Made by a program: the position numbers and the translations under genes
Shown: in pieces, positions 59,450 to 64,000 of the stretch
How positions within the stretch are numbered: position 1 is the first letter of the stretch
Layout: the number at the start of each line of letters is the position of its first letter
The notes under the pieces: generated by a model
What the model was told of the DNA's origin: nothing
Seen by the model: only the letters and a program-made list of their open reading frames with translations
Database searches by the model: none
Assembly (NCBI GenBank): GCA_035575715.1
Contig: DATLXN010000045.1
Location: 74,523-138,522, forward strand
From: Vicinamibacterales bacterium
GTDB lineage: Bacteria > Acidobacteriota > Vicinamibacteria > Vicinamibacterales > UBA2999
Length of the DNA stretch: 64,000 nt
Reading direction: 5' to 3'

Positions 59450-60241
59450 ATGTTGTTGTCCAGAGTTGTCGTTGTGGTCGGTTGTGCGTTGGTCCTTTCC
59501 GGTTGCCTGAAAAGCGCGACGCTGGTCAAAGTCAAACCGGACGGCAGCGGCACCATTGAGCAGTCGATGCTGGTCAACATGCAGACCTTCAAGGGCATGA
59601 TGGGTGGGATGGGCGGTCAGCTGAAAGAATCCGGTGCCGTTCTCAATGACGCCGAATTCAAACGCGCCGCCGAGCGCATGGGCGCGCGTCCGATCTCGCT
59701 GACACCAAAAAAAGATGGACCCTTCGAGGGCTCGACCGCGCTGTACGCGTTCGACGACATCAGCAAGATTCGGGTCGATCAAGACCCGCAAATGGGCGGC
59801 TCGACCGGCGGCGCCGCGGCGAAACCGCCGTCCAGTGCCAGCCCCATCCGTTTCACCTTCGCCAGGCAGGGCGCCTCCTCGGTGCTAACCCTCGCCTTCG
59901 ACGAAAAAGCCAACACCACCACGTCAAAAGGCGCCCCCGACACCCCGCCGCTGGACCCCGCGATGCTGCAGATGATCAAAGGCGTCTTTCAGGGTTTCCG
60001 CATCGCCATCGATCTCGAAGTCGAAGGCACCATCGTCAAGACCAACGCTGACTACGTCAGCGGCAACCGCGTGACGCTCGTTGAAATTGACATGGCCGCG
60101 TTGCTTGAAGACGAGGCCAAGTTGAAGGCGCTCCAGTCGAAGATTCGTCCCGGTGCGACGCTCTCCGAAGTGAAGCCCTATTTGAAAGACATGAAAGGCG
60201 TGAAGATTAACCACCCCATGGTGACTATCGAGTACCGCTGA
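59450..60241 (+). CDS. Lipoprotein, function unknown
   Basis: MLLSRVVVVVGCALVLSGC lipobox. No further motif. Confidence 0.6.
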   Translation: MLLSRVVVVVGCALVLSGCLKSATLVKVKPDGSGTIEQSMLVNMQTFKGMMGGMGGQLKESGAVLNDAEFKRAAERMGARPISLTPKKDGPFEGSTALYAFDDISKIRVDQDPQMGGSTGGAAAKPPSSASPIRFTFARQGASSVLTLAFDEKANTTTSKGAPDTPPLDPAMLQMIKGVFQGFRIAIDLEVEGTIVKTNADYVSGNRVTLVEIDMAALLEDEAKLKALQSKIRPGATLSEVKPYLKDMKGVKINHPMVTIEYR

Positions 60242-60243
60242 AT

Positions 60244-62385
60244 ATGACTGTCGGCGAGCCTCCGAGCCAGCCCCGGCTCGATGACGCCATCCGTCTCGTC
60301 ATCGTCAAGTCTCCAGACCTTGCCGGTCCGCTGGTGGGCGCGCTCGATGCCGCCGACGTCGGCGCATGGGTGTGGGTGGAGGCGGAACATTGCTTGTACT
60401 GGTCTCCGCGCGTCCCCGATCTTCTCGGGTTCGACCCGGCCGATGACGGCGACCTACTGACGCGGTTCGTCACTGCCGTCCACACCGACGACCGTGGCGG
60501 CGTGCGCCAGTTGATCCGGGGTGAGCTGCGCGAGGAAATTTTTCTCCTCAAATTTCGATTCCTTGACCACACCGGGCAGTACCGCTGGATCGCCATGCGC
60601 GGGCGCATCGAACGGGACCAGGACGGCGCACTGCTGCGTCAGGGCGGGACCCTCCGCGATATCAGCGCCGAAGTCTGGCTGGAGGAAGAACACGCGGCTG
60701 CGGCGGCACGGCTGCGGCAATTCGAGTTGCTCCTCACCGACGTGACTGCGGACTTCGCCAGTCGTCCGACCGACACGCTGGATGATGCCCTGACGACGGC
60801 CCTTGAACGGATCGGTCGATTCCTCGGCGCGGGCTATTCGACGCTGTGCGAAATTTCGGAGGACAACTGGATCAGCGTAACCCATTCGTGGGTCAACCCG
60901 CTGGTCGCCCGGTCCACACCGGTGACGACCGAGCTTGACGGCGCCCCGATCGCACCGCTCCTGCAGCATCTCAAAACCGGCCAACCATTCGTCCTCCGCG
61001 CGCAGCGCGAGCTGCCGGAGGGCAGCGTTGAGTTTTTCTCGGCGCGCGGCGTGCACTCCTTCGCCGCGCTGCCGGCGCGTCAGAGTGATGGAACACTGGT
61101 GGTTCTCGGCATCGCCGGTGGACCACAGCAAGAGCTCGATTGGCCGCCCGACACAGTCCCGTTGTTGCGCATTGCGAGCGGCCTGCTTGCCGGAGTGCTC
61201 GCGCGGGTTCGTGCCGAGGCCAATCAGCGTCTGGTCGATCGCCGGGCACAGGAAACCCATAAGCTCGAGAGCCTCGGCGTCCTCGCCGGGGGCATCGCGC
61301 ACGACTTCAATAACCTGCTCACCGCAATCCTTGGCAACGCCAGCTTGCTCAGGGCCGACTATGGCGATAACCAGGCGATCAACGGCCCACTCGAACAAAT
61401 CGAGATGGCTTCCCGCCGCGCCGCGGCGTTGTGCCGGCAAATGCTCGCCAGCGCGGGCCGCGGCCGCTTCGCCTTACAACCGGTCGATCTGAATGCGCTG
61501 GTGCGCGACGCGGAACCACTGCTCCGGGTCGCGATTGCCAAGAAGCCGGTTCTGACCTTCCAGCTCGATGACCACTTGCCCTTAACGCTCGCCGACGGCG
61601 CGCAGATCCGTCAGCTGTTGCTCAACTTGCTGACCAACGCTGGTGAAGCGATCGGCGAGCGCGACGGGACGATCGTCATCAGCACCGGCACCACGCGCAC
61701 CGACCAGCATGATCCCGCTCTGACCATCCCTCACCCGGATCTGTGTGGGCGCGAATGCGTGTCACTCAAAGTGACCGATACCGGTGAAGGCATGGCCGCG
61801 GAAACGGTGGCACGCATCTTCGATCCGTTTTTTACGACGAAGTTCACCGGCCGTGGCCTGGGCCTGGCCGCCGCCGCCGGCATTGTTCGGGCGCACAAGG
61901 GTGCGTTGCGCGTCGCCAGCCGTCTCGGCGAGGGTGCGACCTTCGAGCTGCTGCTCCCGGCCTATCACGGCCACGCCGCGGCGATAACCACCGCTCCGGC
62001 CGCCGCCACTGGCGGCGGCACCCGCTGGCACACGTCGGGCACGGTACTGGTGATCGATGACGAAAGCGGCGTTCGCGAACTGGTCCGCAACGTGCTCGAA
62101 CGCGCCGGGTTGACGGTGCTGTTGGCAGACGATGGCCGACAAGGGCTTGACGCGTTCAAGGCGAACGCCCAGGACGTCCGGCTGATCGTCGTGGACATGA
62201 CCATGCCAGGTCTGAACGGCCGTGAAGTGTTGGCGGCGATCGGCAAGGTGCGCGGTGACGTGCCGGCCATCCTGATGAGTGGCTACACTGCCGATGACCT
62301 GGGCGACGGCACGTCGACGGCGTTTTTGCAGAAGCCCTTTACGCCGGATGTCTTGCGAGCCCTGGTCCGAAAGATTATCGACTAA
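60244..62385 (+). CDS. Hybrid sensor histidine kinase/response regulator (PAS-GAF-HisKA-HATPase-REC)
   Basis: H-box GGIAHDFNNLL, N/G boxes (LLNLLTNAGEA, DTGEGM, GRGLGLA). C-terminal receiver VLVIDDE...VVDMTMPGLNG...KP. Confidence 0.9.
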   Translation: MTVGEPPSQPRLDDAIRLVIVKSPDLAGPLVGALDAADVGAWVWVEAEHCLYWSPRVPDLLGFDPADDGDLLTRFVTAVHTDDRGGVRQLIRGELREEIFLLKFRFLDHTGQYRWIAMRGRIERDQDGALLRQGGTLRDISAEVWLEEEHAAAAARLRQFELLLTDVTADFASRPTDTLDDALTTALERIGRFLGAGYSTLCEISEDNWISVTHSWVNPLVARSTPVTTELDGAPIAPLLQHLKTGQPFVLRAQRELPEGSVEFFSARGVHSFAALPARQSDGTLVVLGIAGGPQQELDWPPDTVPLLRIASGLLAGVLARVRAEANQRLVDRRAQETHKLESLGVLAGGIAHDFNNLLTAILGNASLLRADYGDNQAINGPLEQIEMASRRAAALCRQMLASAGRGRFALQPVDLNALVRDAEPLLRVAIAKKPVLTFQLDDHLPLTLADGAQIRQLLLNLLTNAGEAIGERDGTIVISTGTTRTDQHDPALTIPHPDLCGRECVSLKVTDTGEGMAAETVARIFDPFFTTKFTGRGLGLAAAAGIVRAHKGALRVASRLGEGATFELLLPAYHGHAAAITTAPAAATGGGTRWHTSGTVLVIDDESGVRELVRNVLERAGLTVLLADDGRQGLDAFKANAQDVRLIVVDMTMPGLNGREVLAAIGKVRGDVPAILMSGYTADDLGDGTSTAFLQKPFTPDVLRALVRKIID

Positions 62386-62388
62386 CGG

Positions 62389-63522
62389 TCACCCGACGCA
62401 CACGACGCGGCCGTCGGAGGATCCAATCACGACGCGGCCGGAGGCAATGGCCGGCGACGACATCAGCGCCCCACCATCCTCGTATTCCCACGTTACCTTG
62501 CCGGTCGCAATATCGATGACATACAGACGGCCGTCGTTAGATCCGACGAACACCCGGTTGCCGGCGACCGCGGGCGAGGAATCGATGCGGGCGCGAGTCA
62601 TGTGGGTCCATCGCGCTGTGCCGGTCGCAAGGTCGAGCGCATGGACCATCCGATCGCGGCCGCCAAGAATCATCACGCCGTGTGCGATGGCCGCCGACGA
62701 ATAGAATGGAAACTTACGGTCAGGATGTTCGTAGCGCCACTTGACCCGCCGCGACTTGACGTCGAAGGCAATCACCTGATTGTCGAAGGTGCCGAAATAC
62801 GCGACGCCGCCGGCCAGCGCGACCGACGCGCCGGTATAGGCGGTCGCCGAGGTCGCGAATGCTTCTTTGCCGGTCGCAATCCGGACGGCGTGAAATATCT
62901 CGTCGCACCCGGCAAAATACGCCATGCCGTCGCCGAGCGCCGGCGTGCCATGGACGTAATTCTCGGTTTTGATCGTCCACCGGACCTTGCCGTCCGCGGC
63001 ACCGAGTCCGTAGAGCAAGCCGTCGTACGAACCAATCATCACCAGATCCCCGCTGGTGATTGGCGACGATTTAATTTCCGATTTGGTCTTGAAGGTCCAC
63101 GCCGCTTTCCCGTCGGCGACGTTGACCGCGTGGAGATGCCCGTCGAGATCGCCGATATAAACGCGGCCGCCGGCGACCGCGGGTGACGACTCGCCGATTG
63201 ATTCGCCGGCCTTGTAACGCCAGCGCAGTTTGCCGTCACCCAAGCCGATCGCGACCAGCTCGCCGTTGCCGGTACCGACGAACACCGTGTTGTTGACAAT
63301 GGCCGGCGACGAATCGACGGCGTTATTCTCGCCAGCTTCCCAGACCCACAGGCGCTTGAGTGTTTCGGGGACGGTTGACAAGGAGACACCGGTGAGTGCC
63401 GCCGTCCCGCGGAAGTGCGGCCAGGCGTCGGCCGCTGCGGCCGCGGGGGTCTGCGCGTGCACGACCAGCCGCGGACCGAGCAGCAGACCGGCGACCGAAA
63501 GAAATGTGCGGCGATCCATCAC
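62389..63522 (-). CDS. Tat-exported PQQ-like beta-propeller repeat protein
   Basis: MMDRRTFLSVAGLL leader. WPHFRG. Regular ~40-aa blades with G.L.A.D..TGK..W. Confidence 0.85.
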   Translation of the reverse strand: MMDRRTFLSVAGLLLGPRLVVHAQTPAAAAADAWPHFRGTAALTGVSLSTVPETLKRLWVWEAGENNAVDSSPAIVNNTVFVGTGNGELVAIGLGDGKLRWRYKAGESIGESSPAVAGGRVYIGDLDGHLHAVNVADGKAAWTFKTKSEIKSSPITSGDLVMIGSYDGLLYGLGAADGKVRWTIKTENYVHGTPALGDGMAYFAGCDEIFHAVRIATGKEAFATSATAYTGASVALAGGVAYFGTFDNQVIAFDVKSRRVKWRYEHPDRKFPFYSSAAIAHGVMILGGRDRMVHALDLATGTARWTHMTRARIDSSPAVAGNRVFVGSNDGRLYVIDIATGKVTWEYEDGGALMSSPAIASGRVVIGSSDGRVVCVG

Positions 63523-64000
63523 GGCCGCTTGAGTGTCGCGCCTTCAGCGAAGGCATACAGCTGGTTGCGGTTCATCACAAACAGCGCACCGTTGGCGGGC
63601 ACCACCGTCGAATATACCGAGCTGCCCATATTCTGCTCGGCGATGACCTTCAGTTCTTTGCCGTGCTGTAGCACCGTGATGTCGCCATCCTCGTCGCCGA
63701 GATACACCTTGTCGTCGATGATCATCGGCGAGCCCCAGATGGCCGCAAACATATCGTGGACCCAGAGCGGCTTGCCGCTCTTCAGATCGAGGCAATGCAA
63801 GAAGCCGCTGAAGTCCGACAGATAGATCAGGCCGTCCTTGATCGCCGCGGTCGAAATGGAACGGCGGATTTTCTCATAGTGCCAGAGCCGTCCGGCCTCC
63901 GTCAGGTCGCCGCGCTTGGTGGCATCGATGGCGTAGGCGTGGCCGAGCCCTTCGCCGTGTTCGGGATCCTGGCCATTCGAGATATAGACCACGTTCTCGA
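63519..64000 (-). CDS. PQQ-like beta-propeller repeat protein (3' part only; 5' end beyond window)
   Basis: Same blade pattern. Its stop overlaps the start of 62389..63522 by 4 nt. The frame is open to the window edge. Confidence 0.8.
   Translation of the reverse strand, partial: ENVVYISNGQDPEHGEGLGHAYAIDATKRGDLTEAGRLWHYEKIRRSISTAAIKDGLIYLSDFSGFLHCLDLKSGKPLWVHDMFAAIWGSPMIIDDKVYLGDEDGDITVLQHGKELKVIAEQNMGSSVYSTVVPANGALFVMNRNQLYAFAEGATLKRP

Noticed and set aside
60454-61440. 328-aa ORF antisense to the hybrid histidine kinase
   Set aside because: No motifs. The sense strand carries the H, N and G boxes and a receiver domain.

Overview
High-GC bacterial chromosomal segment with about 60 genes and no rRNA, tRNA or CRISPR that I could find. 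Gene content looks Acidobacteriota-like (inference from family mix only): an ADOP-type duplicated MacB/FtsX permease, a CarboxypepD_reg-TonB-dependent receptor, five PQQ-like beta-propellers, a BNR/sortilin-like protein, several secreted amidohydrolases and an M1 aminopeptidase. Recognisable housekeeping genes are glnS, ybaK, panE, ferritin, a cystathionine-beta-synthase-like enzyme and a lytic transglycosylase. Most of the window is ordinary. Points worth a second look: (1) a single-domain rhodanese with an in-frame TGA exactly at the catalytic-Cys position, followed by a SECIS-like hairpin, so a candidate selenoprotein; (2) a Y1 (IS200/RAYT-like) transposase bracketed by 18-bp inverted repeats, next to an 18-bp tandem array and a decayed gene; (3) many intergenic 7/8-nt tandem arrays that start at or next to stop codons; (4) a co-directional block of adenylate-forming enzyme, ALDH-superfamily protein, GT4 glycosyltransferase and ABC exporter; (5) five single-nucleotide frameshifts confined to three small loci, including a visibly lower-GC stretch at 11.8-15.0 kb; (6) assorted palindromes and direct repeats in promoters and terminators. 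I found no clear defence system or other multi-gene novelty. All functional calls rest on motif recognition by eye, without database searches.
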